From an uncultured Flavobacteriaceae bacterium (GTDB lineage: Bacteria > Bacteroidota > Bacteroidia > Flavobacteriales > Weeksellaceae), in contig CAUQMH010000001.1 of NCBI GenBank assembly GCA_963519075.1, forward strand, positions 26,438-90,437: a DNA stretch of 64,000 nt. Reading direction: 5' to 3'. This document shows positions 11,163 through 20,691 of this stretch, piece by piece; the first letter of the stretch is position 1, and each line of letters begins with the position of its first letter. A program made the position numbers and the translations under genes. The notes under the pieces are model-generated. The model searched no databases. It saw only the letters and a list, made by a program, of their open reading frames with translations, and had not been told where the DNA came from.

Positions 11163-13064
11163 TTAATCTACATCTTTATTTAAGAATCTATTTCGTCTTA
11201 CTTCCATTTTTCCTTTGTCATTTTCGGAAATAAAACTAGATATTTTTTGTTCCCTATCTAATGGATTTTCAAAATCAACATCTATATTTCTTCTTCTAAA
11301 AGCAGGAATCATTTCATAGATATCTATCTTTTTCTCATCATTTCCTTGAAATCTAGAAGAATTAAACTCTTTTAATTTATTTCTTCTCTCCTGTATTCTG
11401 CTATCTTCCTCTTCCGTTCTTCTTTTTTCAATGATGGTAAATTCCTCTTTCTGCTCTATATTAGGAAAATCATTTTTTGGAGTTTCTGGCTGAGTTTGAT
11501 TAGTTACAGGAAATTTAGGTTCTTCTTTTTGAGGAGCAGTTTCCTCTCTCATTTCCACTCTGAAATTAACAGGCGCTTCCTTCACTTGAAAAGAAAAATC
11601 TTCTTCTTTTGGTTTATCTTCCTCTAAATCAAATGTAAAAGAAACTGGCTCTAGCTCAGCATAAGAAAATAGATCATATTCCTTCACTGGCTCTTCTTCC
11701 GCTTGAAAAAAAGAAGGTTCTTCTTCCTCTCTGAATTTAAAACTCGTCACGAAATCATCTTCTCTTCTCTCCTCTAGCACAGTTGTCTGGTGAAAATCAA
11801 ACTTTTCTTCCGCTTTTTCTACTGAAAAACTATTGGTAGGAAAATTAGAATTGGTGTTTGAGTTTGAGTTTGAGTTAGAATTATTATCTAAACGAAAAAA
11901 CTGTCGTTTCTGTTCTTCTCTAACTTCTTGTCTATTACTTGGTCTACGAACATCATTCACAGGAGTTTCTTTAACGGGTTGAGATTCTACAACTGGTATA
12001 TCTGGTTTTTTAATACCTCCATTCAAATCATGAATAATACGCTCTGCTGGGATAGCTGTATTTTTCTCATGTTCAGGCGCGAATCCTGTCGCTACCACTA
12101 AGACCTTAATAGACTCTCCTAATCCATCCTCTGTTCCTACCCCAAAAATTACATCCGCCTTGTTTCCTCCTCCTGCTTCATTCTGAATATAACTACTAAT
12201 GAATTTGATTTCATTCATTTTCGCTTTATGCTCTTCTCCACTTAGAATAAGAAGCATAACTTTTTTCGCTCCTGTAATCTTATTATCATTCAATAGTGGA
12301 GAATCCAGCGCTCTCTTCACTGCATCTTCTGCTCTATTCTCACCTGATGCTATTCCTATGGACATCAACGCTGTTCCTGAATTTTCAAGGACAGTTTTAG
12401 CATCACGGAAGTCAATATTAACTTTAAACGGAGCAGTAATGACCTCTGCCATACCTTTCGCAGCGTTGGTCAGCACTTCGTTTGCTTGAGAAAACGCCTC
12501 TTCGTAGTCTAAATCAGGATATTGTTCTGCTAATCTATCATTATTAATAATAATCAAAGAGTCTACATTTTCTCTTAGTTTTTCTAATCCAAAATGAGCT
12601 TGTTCTAATCTTCTTTTTCCTTCAAAATCAAAAGGCAAAGTTACAATAGCTATCGTAAGAATGCCCAACTCTTTAGCAACCTGAGCTACCACTGGCGCAG
12701 CACCTGTACCTGTACCACCACCCATACCTGCGGTGATAAAGACCATTTTGGTGTTATGACCAAGTGCTTCTCGGATATCATCCATACTTTCAATAGCAGC
12801 CTTCTCTCCTACTTCTGGATCTGCTCCCGCACCAAGTCCTTCTGTTGTTCGTGTCCCAAGCTGAACTTTATTAGAAACAGAATGCTCATCCAACGCCTGC
12901 GCATCTGTATTTAGTACGATGAAATCAACTCCATGGATACCTCTTTCGTACATGTGTTGTAGTGCATTGTTTCCTCCACCACCTACACCAATTACTTTAA
13001 TGATAGATGATCTGTCTTTAGGTGCTTTGAAGTCTATTTCTATATCTTGATTAAAACCTCCCAT
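11163..13064 (-). CDS. ftsZ: cell division protein FtsZ
   Basis: 633 aa. Tubulin signature GGGTGTGAAPV. A long acidic low-complexity linker is followed by an IPAFRRRN C-terminal peptide and a 40-aa tail. Confidence 0.95.
   Translation of the reverse strand: MGGFNQDIEIDFKAPKDRSSIIKVIGVGGGGNNALQHMYERGIHGVDFIVLNTDAQALDEHSVSNKVQLGTRTTEGLGAGADPEVGEKAAIESMDDIREALGHNTKMVFITAGMGGGTGTGAAPVVAQVAKELGILTIAIVTLPFDFEGKRRLEQAHFGLEKLRENVDSLIIINNDRLAEQYPDLDYEEAFSQANEVLTNAAKGMAEVITAPFKVNIDFRDAKTVLENSGTALMSIGIASGENRAEDAVKRALDSPLLNDNKITGAKKVMLLILSGEEHKAKMNEIKFISSYIQNEAGGGNKADVIFGVGTEDGLGESIKVLVVATGFAPEHEKNTAIPAERIIHDLNGGIKKPDIPVVESQPVKETPVNDVRRPSNRQEVREEQKRQFFRLDNNSNSNSNSNTNSNFPTNSFSVEKAEEKFDFHQTTVLEERREDDFVTSFKFREEEEPSFFQAEEEPVKEYDLFSYAELEPVSFTFDLEEDKPKEEDFSFQVKEAPVNFRVEMREETAPQKEEPKFPVTNQTQPETPKNDFPNIEQKEEFTIIEKRRTEEEDSRIQERRNKLKEFNSSRFQGNDEKKIDIYEMIPAFRRRNIDVDFENPLDREQKISSFISENDKGKMEVRRNRFLNKDVD
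11844..11885 (-). repeat. in-frame hexanucleotide repeat in the ftsZ linker
   Basis: (GTTTGA)x3 is perfect at 11856-11873 with degenerate flanking copies. It encodes NSNSNSNSNTNSN. Confidence 0.8.
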
Positions 13065-13111
13065 AGTTTATGTTATCTTTTTATATCCTTGTTTTTATTG
13101 TTTTCTTTTAA

Positions 13112-14494
13112 TTAATTTTCTTCTTCCTCAAAAAAATTCTTAAACTTTTTCATGAAACGCACACTCCATGCTTCTTTTTTAGGCTCTTCTTGAACCTCTT
13201 TTGTTGATACAGTTTCAGGCTGCTTCTCCACAGGTTTTGGAGCTACCTCTTCTACTGGTTTAGAAACTTCCTCTTTTTTGTCTTGTATCTCTAGATTTTC
13301 TTGTTTTTCATTGATTCTGAGACTCTCCATCAGTAATCCAATAGCTGTGGAATACTCTGGACTTCTCAAAAGTTGGTTTTTATCATTAATGATATACTCA
13401 TTAGCATAGCCTATTCTACAGTCAAATCCTGTCACATAATTTGCCAGCTGGCGAAGGTTTCTCAGATTAGAACCTCCTCCTGTAAGTACCATGCCTGCAA
13501 TAAGTTTTCTTTTCTGTTCATTAACTCCATAGGACTTCATTTCATAAGCTCCATAGGATTTTAATTCATTATTTACCATCTCTAGGATTTCCTCCACTCT
13601 TGCACTGATAATACTTGCAAGGGATTTCAAAGAAATTTCCTTTTCCTCTCTTCCATGAAGCCCTGGTATGGTAACATAGGCATTTTCCTTTTCTAATTCA
13701 GGAACTGCTGAACCAAAATTTATCTTTAACTGCTCTGCATGTTTTTCTATAATAGAACAGCCTTCCTTGATATCTTCTGTAATAATTCCTCCTCCGTAAG
13801 GTATAACGCACGTATGACGGATAATATTATCCTTAAAAACAGCTACATCAGTAGTTCCTCCTCCTATATCTACAATTGCCACTCCTGCTTCTTTCTCCTC
13901 CTGAGTAAGAACAGCTTCTGCAGATGCTAACGGCTCCAAAGTCAAAGCTTCCAGCTCTAGACCTGCTTCTTTGACACATCGAACCACATTTTTGATGGAC
14001 GCCATCTGTCCCACTACCACATGAAACTTAGCTTCTAGACGAGTTCCATGCATACCTATTGGCTCTATAATTTCTTCTTCAGAATCTACTTTATATTCTT
14101 GTGGAAGGACATGAATAATCTCTTCACCTGGATGCACGGCTATTTTCTTAACCTGCTCTTTTAGTTTTGATATATCCACTTCAGTGATATAGGACTCTGG
14201 GTCTTGTCTCCCTATATAATCTGTATGCTGTAAGGAACGGATATGTTTCCCTGCAATACCTACAGTTACTTTTTTGATAGGAACTTTTGCTGACTTTTCT
14301 GCCTCGCTGATAGCAGCTTTAATGGAACTAATGGTATGAGCGATGTTATGCACTATACCTTTTCGTACACCGAGACTCTTGCTCTTTCCTACTCCCATCA
14401 CCTCTATTTTCCCATGAGCACTTCTACGCCCTACTATGGCTACTATCTTTGTCGTCCCTATATCTAGTCCTACTGAATATTCATTTGCTTCCAT
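13112..14494 (-). CDS. ftsA: cell division protein FtsA
   Basis: 460 aa. Actin-fold motifs (VGLDIGTTKIVAIVG, DIGGGTTDVAVF, LTGGGS) and a C-terminal amphipathic helix (VRFMKKFKNFF). Confidence 0.95.
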   Translation of the reverse strand: MEANEYSVGLDIGTTKIVAIVGRRSAHGKIEVMGVGKSKSLGVRKGIVHNIAHTISSIKAAISEAEKSAKVPIKKVTVGIAGKHIRSLQHTDYIGRQDPESYITEVDISKLKEQVKKIAVHPGEEIIHVLPQEYKVDSEEEIIEPIGMHGTRLEAKFHVVVGQMASIKNVVRCVKEAGLELEALTLEPLASAEAVLTQEEKEAGVAIVDIGGGTTDVAVFKDNIIRHTCVIPYGGGIITEDIKEGCSIIEKHAEQLKINFGSAVPELEKENAYVTIPGLHGREEKEISLKSLASIISARVEEILEMVNNELKSYGAYEMKSYGVNEQKRKLIAGMVLTGGGSNLRNLRQLANYVTGFDCRIGYANEYIINDKNQLLRSPEYSTAIGLLMESLRINEKQENLEIQDKKEEVSKPVEEVAPKPVEKQPETVSTKEVQEEPKKEAWSVRFMKKFKNFFEEEEN

Positions 14495-14512
14495 CTAATA
14501 TTCGTGTTTTTA

Positions 14513-15379
14513 CTATTTCTTTTTATCTTTGTTTCCCTCTGATTTCTCAGATTTTGGTTTTGTTTCTTCTTTTTTGTTCTCGCTGTTAGAGCCTTCTTTT
14601 ACTTCCTCTTTACTTTTTTCTTCGGGTTTATAGACTCTTTCTTTGGATTCTTTATCTTCATTTCCCTTTCGCAGAGTAGTCACTATCTGATTATCATATT
14701 TTACTGAAATTTTTGAATATTTCATTTGGTCTTGATAAATCAAATATTTTTCTACAAAAGTCTTAAACCCCTTTATCTTAAACCCTAAATTTTCCAGCCT
14801 TCCCAGCTCTACAACATAGTTTCCTTCATTCGTCATCAGATAATAATCATTCCCCTTTTTGCTAATCCCTACAAAGAAATTTTTACTAAAATCATCCCTG
14901 TTTATGATTTTCACAAGCTCCACCAACATGGGATACTCCTCTGAACTCACCTTCCCAGAAACCAGCATGCACTGATAGGAATAATTGTTAGATGCAGGGA
15001 ATTCCACCCCTTTTTCATCCACATAAAAAGATTGGTCTTTTTTTGAAAGCCGAAAAATAGGAATTCTCTGGCTAATATCCAAATTTAATTGACCATTTAG
15101 TTTCAAGTAAACATTCGCACTATCCACCATGGGCATTGCTCTTATTGCCCTTTCCAAGGACAAAATATTCAGGTCGCCTATCCTATTTGTCGGATTTTCC
15201 TTTCTTATGATTTCTCTGACAATTTTATCATTGATAAAAGACACAGGTTTTTTTTGCAGCATTTTCACTACGATATCCTCTAAAGGTCTATTATTAAACC
15301 TTTGTAAAGAAAATCTGAGCAGAAATATCCAAATCCCCGCCACGAAAATGATTTTCAAAAACCTATATTTCTTTTTCAT
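14513..15379 (-). CDS. ftsQ: cell division protein FtsQ-like
   Basis: 288 aa. One N-terminal TM segment followed by a POTRA-like region, in the canonical position between murC and ftsA. The tail is Lys/Glu-rich. Confidence 0.8.
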   Translation of the reverse strand: MKKKYRFLKIIFVAGIWIFLLRFSLQRFNNRPLEDIVVKMLQKKPVSFINDKIVREIIRKENPTNRIGDLNILSLERAIRAMPMVDSANVYLKLNGQLNLDISQRIPIFRLSKKDQSFYVDEKGVEFPASNNYSYQCMLVSGKVSSEEYPMLVELVKIINRDDFSKNFFVGISKKGNDYYLMTNEGNYVVELGRLENLGFKIKGFKTFVEKYLIYQDQMKYSKISVKYDNQIVTTLRKGNEDKESKERVYKPEEKSKEEVKEGSNSENKKEETKPKSEKSEGNKDKKK

Positions 15380-15380
15380 C

Positions 15381-16730
15381 TTATCTATTCTCCATCCACT
15401 CCACTATGCTGTCATAGAGGGTATCTATATTTCCTGCACCTACTGTGAGCAGAACATCAAAATCCTTACTTTTGATTTTATCAAATGCAGCCGCAAGGGT
15501 AGAAACTTCTTTATTTTGCAAATTTACTTTTTCTAACAACCACTCGGAAGTAATTTCAGAAAAATTTTCTTGTAATTCTCTCGCTGGGTAAATATCCAGC
15601 AGCAACAGCTCATCTGCTTTGGACAGACTTTCCGCGAAACCATCAGCGAAATCCTTCGTTCTACTGAAAAGATGCGGCTGAAAAACCACTAAAAGTTTTT
15701 TATCAGGATTAAATTCTCGGATGGAGTTTATCACCGCGTTCAGCTCCGTCGGGTGGTGGGCGTAGTCATCCACATAGATTTTCCCATTGGCAAATTTATG
15801 TCTCGTATAACGGCGTTTTATCCCTTTGAAACCAGCTATTGCTTTCTTTAAAACCTCAAAATCCGCTCCAAGATGATGAAGCAGAGCCAATGCTCCCGTA
15901 GCGTTTTCCACATTGTGAATCCCTGGGATTTCCCACTCAAACTGGTGGGTTTCTCCATCTTTTGTATGAAAATCAAAACTGATTTTTTCACCTTTCATTT
16001 GGAGGTTATCAGAATAATAATCCGCCTTCTCATTCACTGCATAAGTCTGGGCATTTCTGGCGATTTTTATTCCTTTTCTTACAAAAAGCTGGCTGTCATC
16101 TGGAACCAAATTCGCGAAATCCTCAAAGCCCTGTTCTATATTTTCTTTGTCGCCATATATATCGAGATGGTCGGCATCCGTAGAAGTTATTATCGCCCAG
16201 TCTGGCGATAGATTAAGAAAACTTCGGTCGTATTCATCGGCTTCCAAAACGGAATACTGATTGCCATTAAACATAAAATTAGACCCAAAATTCTCCGAAA
16301 TTCCGCCTAAAAAAGCTGAAAACGGAAGTCCAGCCTCCTTGCAGAGATGAGCCACAAGGCAGGAAGTGGTCGTTTTTCCGTGAGTTCCCGCCACTGCGAT
16401 GCATTCGGTATTTTCGGTGACCATTCCCAAGACTTTTGCTCGTTTTAAAACTGAAAATCCCTGCTGATTAAAATAATCCAAAATCTGCAGTTCCTTAATC
16501 GCTGGCGTAAAAATCACAAGTGTTTCAGCCTTATCTAAAGCACTGATTTCCTCAGTAATTCCATCTTTAAACTGGATAGCAATTCCCTCTTCCTGCAGTT
16601 TTTTAGTCAGTTTGGTCTCGGTTCTATCATATCCTAAAACATTCTTTCCCAGACTTTTAAAATACCTTGCAAGAGCGGACATTCCTATCCCTCCAATTCC
16701 TATGAAATAAAAGTTTTTATATTGTTTCAT
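15381..16730 (-). CDS. murC: UDP-N-acetylmuramate--L-alanine ligase
   Basis: 449 aa. FIGIGGIGMSALA and AGTHGKTTT Mur ligase motifs, in dcw context. Confidence 0.95.
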   Translation of the reverse strand: MKQYKNFYFIGIGGIGMSALARYFKSLGKNVLGYDRTETKLTKKLQEEGIAIQFKDGITEEISALDKAETLVIFTPAIKELQILDYFNQQGFSVLKRAKVLGMVTENTECIAVAGTHGKTTTSCLVAHLCKEAGLPFSAFLGGISENFGSNFMFNGNQYSVLEADEYDRSFLNLSPDWAIITSTDADHLDIYGDKENIEQGFEDFANLVPDDSQLFVRKGIKIARNAQTYAVNEKADYYSDNLQMKGEKISFDFHTKDGETHQFEWEIPGIHNVENATGALALLHHLGADFEVLKKAIAGFKGIKRRYTRHKFANGKIYVDDYAHHPTELNAVINSIREFNPDKKLLVVFQPHLFSRTKDFADGFAESLSKADELLLLDIYPARELQENFSEITSEWLLEKVNLQNKEVSTLAAAFDKIKSKDFDVLLTVGAGNIDTLYDSIVEWMENR

Positions 16731-16743
16731 TTATTTTTAATAA

Positions 16744-17745
16744 TTATTTTCCTTTTTTTACATTCTTTTTAGCTTCTTTTTGCAAATTATTAATGGTTCG
16801 CAAATATGCTTTTTCTACATCTGCCAGAGTTTTCGCCTTATATTTTTTATATTCTTTTCTTGCCTTCTCTTCTGCTTGATTATGTGATATTTTCCCCGCA
16901 TTATCTAGTACCTCACGCCCAGCAGAGGAAAGGATATTATCCAGCTCCCTTATAAAATCATTCATCTTCATTTCTCTTTCTTCAATAGCATTCAACTCCG
17001 CTAAATCAAAATATGCTGAAACCAAGTTATTCAACACACGAAGTTCCTGCTCTGTAAGGTAGTTTTTAGCTACCATAGCCTCCGCCTGTGTTGGATGGCT
17101 TCCTTTAAAGTGGGTAAGTCCCACAAATGGTTTTTCACTATCTACTCTAAAATAAATCACTTCACTCGCTGTATTTCCATGAGCTGCATAGTGTAATTTA
17201 TTCTGAACCATTTTGAAAAAAGTGATACTTGCCTCATTTTTAGGGTCATAATCTGTAGCTGTAGCATACAAATCCAAAACTTGGCGGTACATTACTTTTT
17301 CACTTGAACGAATGTCCCTAATACGGTCTAATAACTCTTTCCAATAATTACCTCCTCCTAAACTTTTCAAGCGTTCATCATTCATGGTAAATCCCTTTAC
17401 TAAATATTCTTTGAGTTTTTCGGTCGCCCAAATTCTAAATTTAGTCCCTTGTATTGATTTAACACGATATCCCACTGAAATAATTACATCAAGATTATAG
17501 TAATCAACTTGATATATTTTATTGTCTGAAGCAGTTGTTGCAAAATTTGCAACAACTGAATTTTGTTGCAATTCTCCTTCTTTAAAAATATTTTTAATAT
17601 GTCGGGAAATTGTAGATTTATCCCTACCAAAAAGAGCAGCCATTTGATCTATGGAAAGCCAAATATTTTCATCTTCCAGCTTTACACTAATCTTTGTAAG
17701 TCCATCTTCTGTTTGATAAATCAAAATTTGACTTTTACCTTCCAT
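16744..17745 (-). CDS. RhuM-family protein (virulence protein RhuM-like, function unknown)
   Basis: 333 aa. Recognised from memory by the characteristic N-terminus (ILIYQTEDGLTKISV...IWLSIDQMAALFGRDKSTISRHIKNIF) and core (YNLDVIISVGYRVKSIQGTKFRIWATEKLKEYLVKGF...IRSSEKVMYRQVLDLYATATDYD). Sits 13 nt from murC and 13 nt from the upstream gene. Confidence 0.8.
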   Translation of the reverse strand: MEGKSQILIYQTEDGLTKISVKLEDENIWLSIDQMAALFGRDKSTISRHIKNIFKEGELQQNSVVANFATTASDNKIYQVDYYNLDVIISVGYRVKSIQGTKFRIWATEKLKEYLVKGFTMNDERLKSLGGGNYWKELLDRIRDIRSSEKVMYRQVLDLYATATDYDPKNEASITFFKMVQNKLHYAAHGNTASEVIYFRVDSEKPFVGLTHFKGSHPTQAEAMVAKNYLTEQELRVLNNLVSAYFDLAELNAIEEREMKMNDFIRELDNILSSAGREVLDNAGKISHNQAEEKARKEYKKYKAKTLADVEKAYLRTINNLQKEAKKNVKKGK

Positions 17746-17758
17746 ATTTTTAAACTAT

Positions 17759-18286
17759 TCAAATTTTCGCTATTTTTTCTTCCACTTCTTTTATTTTACC
17801 AATCCAAAAATCAATGGCATCTTCATTTTTTACAAAACCATTTTTTGATTTTAGTTTTGAAGGAATTCGATAGATGTAATAAAAATTTTTGTCATTATCC
17901 CTTTGTATTTCAGCTTTACTCGCTGGCTCTGTTCTACTTCTAAAAAACTTGAGCTGCTCTTCATAACCTTCTCTGATTCCTTTAAAATAGGCAAGTAGTG
18001 TATCTCTGTCCCGCGGGATGTAGCCTGGTCCTGAGCAGCCACAGGAATGAAAGGTAATCCCTACTTGATAGAGTTTTTGGAGATGCTCCCACGCTTTTTT
18101 ATCATTTTTAGATGGCGAGGCAAAATCTAGTCCCATATCCGCCATAGGCTTGCCACACTGTGGGCATTTGGCTATATCATTCTGCCTGCCTTCTCTGATG
18201 TCATAAAAAAGCCTTCTTTTAAAGGTTTTCCTACAATTAAAACATGCATAATGCGGTTTGTAAGAAACCATCGCATATCTACACAT
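17759..18286 (-). CDS. hypothetical Cys-rich zinc-ribbon protein
   Basis: 175 aa. CFNC...CPQC pair (a 4-Cys ribbon) plus HSCGCSGPGY. Starts 3 nt after the murG stop. An alternative start lies at Met6. No family name recalled. Confidence 0.7.
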   Translation of the reverse strand: MCRYAMVSYKPHYACFNCRKTFKRRLFYDIREGRQNDIAKCPQCGKPMADMGLDFASPSKNDKKAWEHLQKLYQVGITFHSCGCSGPGYIPRDRDTLLAYFKGIREGYEEQLKFFRSRTEPASKAEIQRDNDKNFYYIYRIPSKLKSKNGFVKNEDAIDFWIGKIKEVEEKIAKI

Positions 18287-18289
18287 TGG

Positions 18290-19411
18290 TTATTTGGTTT
18301 TTAATATTTTAAAAATTTCATCCACAATTTCCTTTGCTGCATTTGGTTTTGCAAAAAATTTTAGATTGCTGGACATTTCTTTCCTCAAATTCTCATCTTC
18401 GCAGATTTCCATCAGCGTATTCCAGAATTTTTCATTCATTTCAGAATCTTTGACCATTTTGGCTGCATTTTTTTCTACCAAAGCCATTGCATTTTTGGTC
18501 TGATGGTCTTCTGCTGCATAAGGAAACGGCACCAAAAGAATAGGCTTTCCTACCACTGCCAGCTCGGAAATCGCGATAGCTCCCGCTCTTGATACAATCA
18601 CATCCGCCGCCGAATATGCCAATGCCATATCTGAGATAAACTCCTTGATTTGAATTCCTTGCTCATCACCTACACATTGAGATATAATGTTTTGATATTC
18701 AAGCTTTCCTGTCTGCCATACCAACTGGATATTTTTTCCCTTTAATTTAGGTAAAAGCTCTTTCCAAGCATTATTTAGGGTTTTTGAGCCTAATGAACCT
18801 CCCACAGAAAGAATGGTAAGTTTATTTGGGTCTAAGCCCATTTTTTCCTTTGCTTCTTTGGTATTTATAATATCTGTGACGATGTTTTCTCGGATAGGGT
18901 TTCCTGTAAATACCGCAGGAAGAAAGCTGCTCATATTGGGATAGCCCATGAAAACTGCCTTGGCTCTTCTTCCGAGAAACTGATTGGTTTTCCCTAAAAT
19001 GGAGTTTTGTTCCTGTACAAAAATCGGAACGCCAAGGGATGATGCCACATACAGAGCAGGACCAGAAGCAAAACCACCTGTCCCAACAGCAAAATCTGGT
19101 TTAAAGTTTTTAATAATCTTTCTTGCTTTCCATAAACTGGAAATAATTTTAAAAGGAAGACCGATGTTTTTAAGCAAATTTCCTCTATCAAACCCAGCGA
19201 TATTCAGTCCCTCTATTCTAAAACCAGCCTGAGGGACTTTCTCCATTTCCATTTTTCCATTCGCTCCCACGAACAAAAGCTCAGCATTAGGAAATCTGCT
19301 TTTAATCTCGTTGGCTATCGCCACAGCAGGGAAAATATGTCCTCCTGTGCCGCCGCCACTAATTAAAACTCTTATTTTTCGTTGTTCATTAGTTTTATCT
19401 TGATGCTCCAT
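18290..19411 (-). CDS. murG: undecaprenyldiphospho-muramoylpentapeptide beta-N-acetylglucosaminyltransferase
   Basis: 373 aa. GGGTGGHIFPAVA motif and C-terminal GT28 domain, in dcw context. Confidence 0.95.
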   Translation of the reverse strand: MEHQDKTNEQRKIRVLISGGGTGGHIFPAVAIANEIKSRFPNAELLFVGANGKMEMEKVPQAGFRIEGLNIAGFDRGNLLKNIGLPFKIISSLWKARKIIKNFKPDFAVGTGGFASGPALYVASSLGVPIFVQEQNSILGKTNQFLGRRAKAVFMGYPNMSSFLPAVFTGNPIRENIVTDIINTKEAKEKMGLDPNKLTILSVGGSLGSKTLNNAWKELLPKLKGKNIQLVWQTGKLEYQNIISQCVGDEQGIQIKEFISDMALAYSAADVIVSRAGAIAISELAVVGKPILLVPFPYAAEDHQTKNAMALVEKNAAKMVKDSEMNEKFWNTLMEICEDENLRKEMSSNLKFFAKPNAAKEIVDEIFKILKTK

Positions 19412-19440
19412 TTCTTTTTATTTTTCAAAATGATAGTAAT

Positions 19441-20676
19441 TTATGCAATATCATTCATTTCTTTGGCGATTTGTTTTTCTCCCAGACCTTCCTCTCCTAA
19501 AACCTGTATCCTTGAACTGATATTTAAAACTATTCCGAGCTGAATATAAGTAACCAGCATAGAGGTTCCCCCATAACTTATCAAAGGTAGCGGCTGTCCT
19601 GTAACTGGGATAATGTTCACCGCAACAGCAATGTTAACTGCCAACTGTAGAAATATCATCATCCCTATTGATAAAACCAATAAGGACCCATAAAATGTCG
19701 GTATTTTAGTAGCGATGATGACTATTCTCATCAGTATAATAAAGTAGGCGCCCATCAGCATAGCTGCCCCCAAAAGTCCATATTCTTCAACAATAATGGC
19801 AAAAATAAAATCCGATGCAGACTGAGGAAGCGACTGCTTCAATGCACTTTTCCCTGGCCCCACTCCTAAAAGTCCTCCATGCACTATCGCTGCCTTTGCT
19901 TGATTGATTTGGTAATTTTTAGCTTTTAATGCTTCATTTTCGGATTCATTAAGTTTATCTGAACTGACAAAGGTTTCCACTCTACTAATCCAAGTATGAA
20001 CACGGGTATTCTTGAAAATATTCGTATTCAATGCTACAAATAAAAACATCGTAATCCCTACAACAGCAATTGCTCCGAGCCTTATGATATATTTCAACGG
20101 ATACTGTCCCACAACCAATACTACTATGGACATTATCAAAATCATAAGTGCTGTAGAACCATTATCCTTCGCAATCAAACCAAATATCACTAAAATAGGC
20201 ACAATAATCAAAGCATGATTCAAATAGGAAATTTCTTCCTTATTTTTAGGCATATTTTTCGCCAAATGACGGCAGAGATATACTATCAGTACTAAATAAG
20301 CAAATGTAGATGGCTGAAATCTTACTGGTCCAAGTGAAACCCACCGACCTGCACTAGCTCCGCCAATATTACTCCCAAAATAACTCGCTAATAATAAAAC
20401 AGGTACCATTATAATTAGGACCAATCCGCTCAATTTTCCAATCCATTCATATTTTATAAAATGGGTAACACCTGCCATTATACCAAGTCCAAACAGAATA
20501 AGCCCTGCGTGTTTTCCTAAATGGCGAATTGTTGTTCCTTCCCCTACGATATATTGTAAATTCGTACTTGCAGAATAAACAGGGAAAAAAGAGAAAATAG
20601 ATATCGCGATAATAATATACCACAATACCTTATCTCCTTTAAAAAAAATTCTTTTTTGTGTTTTATTTTGAGTCAT
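19441..20676 (-). CDS. ftsW: FtsW/RodA/SpoVE-family (SEDS) cell-division protein
   Basis: 411 aa polytopic protein with SEDS motifs (SDFIFAIIVEEYG, PLPLISYGGTS), positioned between murD and murG. Confidence 0.9.
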   Translation of the reverse strand: MTQNKTQKRIFFKGDKVLWYIIIAISIFSFFPVYSASTNLQYIVGEGTTIRHLGKHAGLILFGLGIMAGVTHFIKYEWIGKLSGLVLIIMVPVLLLASYFGSNIGGASAGRWVSLGPVRFQPSTFAYLVLIVYLCRHLAKNMPKNKEEISYLNHALIIVPILVIFGLIAKDNGSTALMILIMSIVVLVVGQYPLKYIIRLGAIAVVGITMFLFVALNTNIFKNTRVHTWISRVETFVSSDKLNESENEALKAKNYQINQAKAAIVHGGLLGVGPGKSALKQSLPQSASDFIFAIIVEEYGLLGAAMLMGAYFIILMRIVIIATKIPTFYGSLLVLSIGMMIFLQLAVNIAVAVNIIPVTGQPLPLISYGGTSMLVTYIQLGIVLNISSRIQVLGEEGLGEKQIAKEMNDIA

Positions 20677-20691
20677 TTATAAGTTTCTTTT

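Noticed and set aside
11163-11300. 40-residue tail after the FtsZ IPAFRRRN peptide as a novelty
   Set aside because: From memory, Bacteroidota FtsZ proteins commonly carry such an extension ending in a ...FL..DVD-like motif. It is therefore probably lineage-typical, although I could not verify this.
15129-15536. 135-aa plus-strand ORF spanning the ftsQ/murC junction
   Set aside because: It is antisense to two tightly packed dcw genes and has no motifs.
16731-18289. Calling the RhuM/zinc-ribbon pair a mobile element
   Set aside because: I found no target-site duplication, terminal inverted repeats, integrase, transposase or tRNA at the borders. It is reported as an embedded gene pair only.
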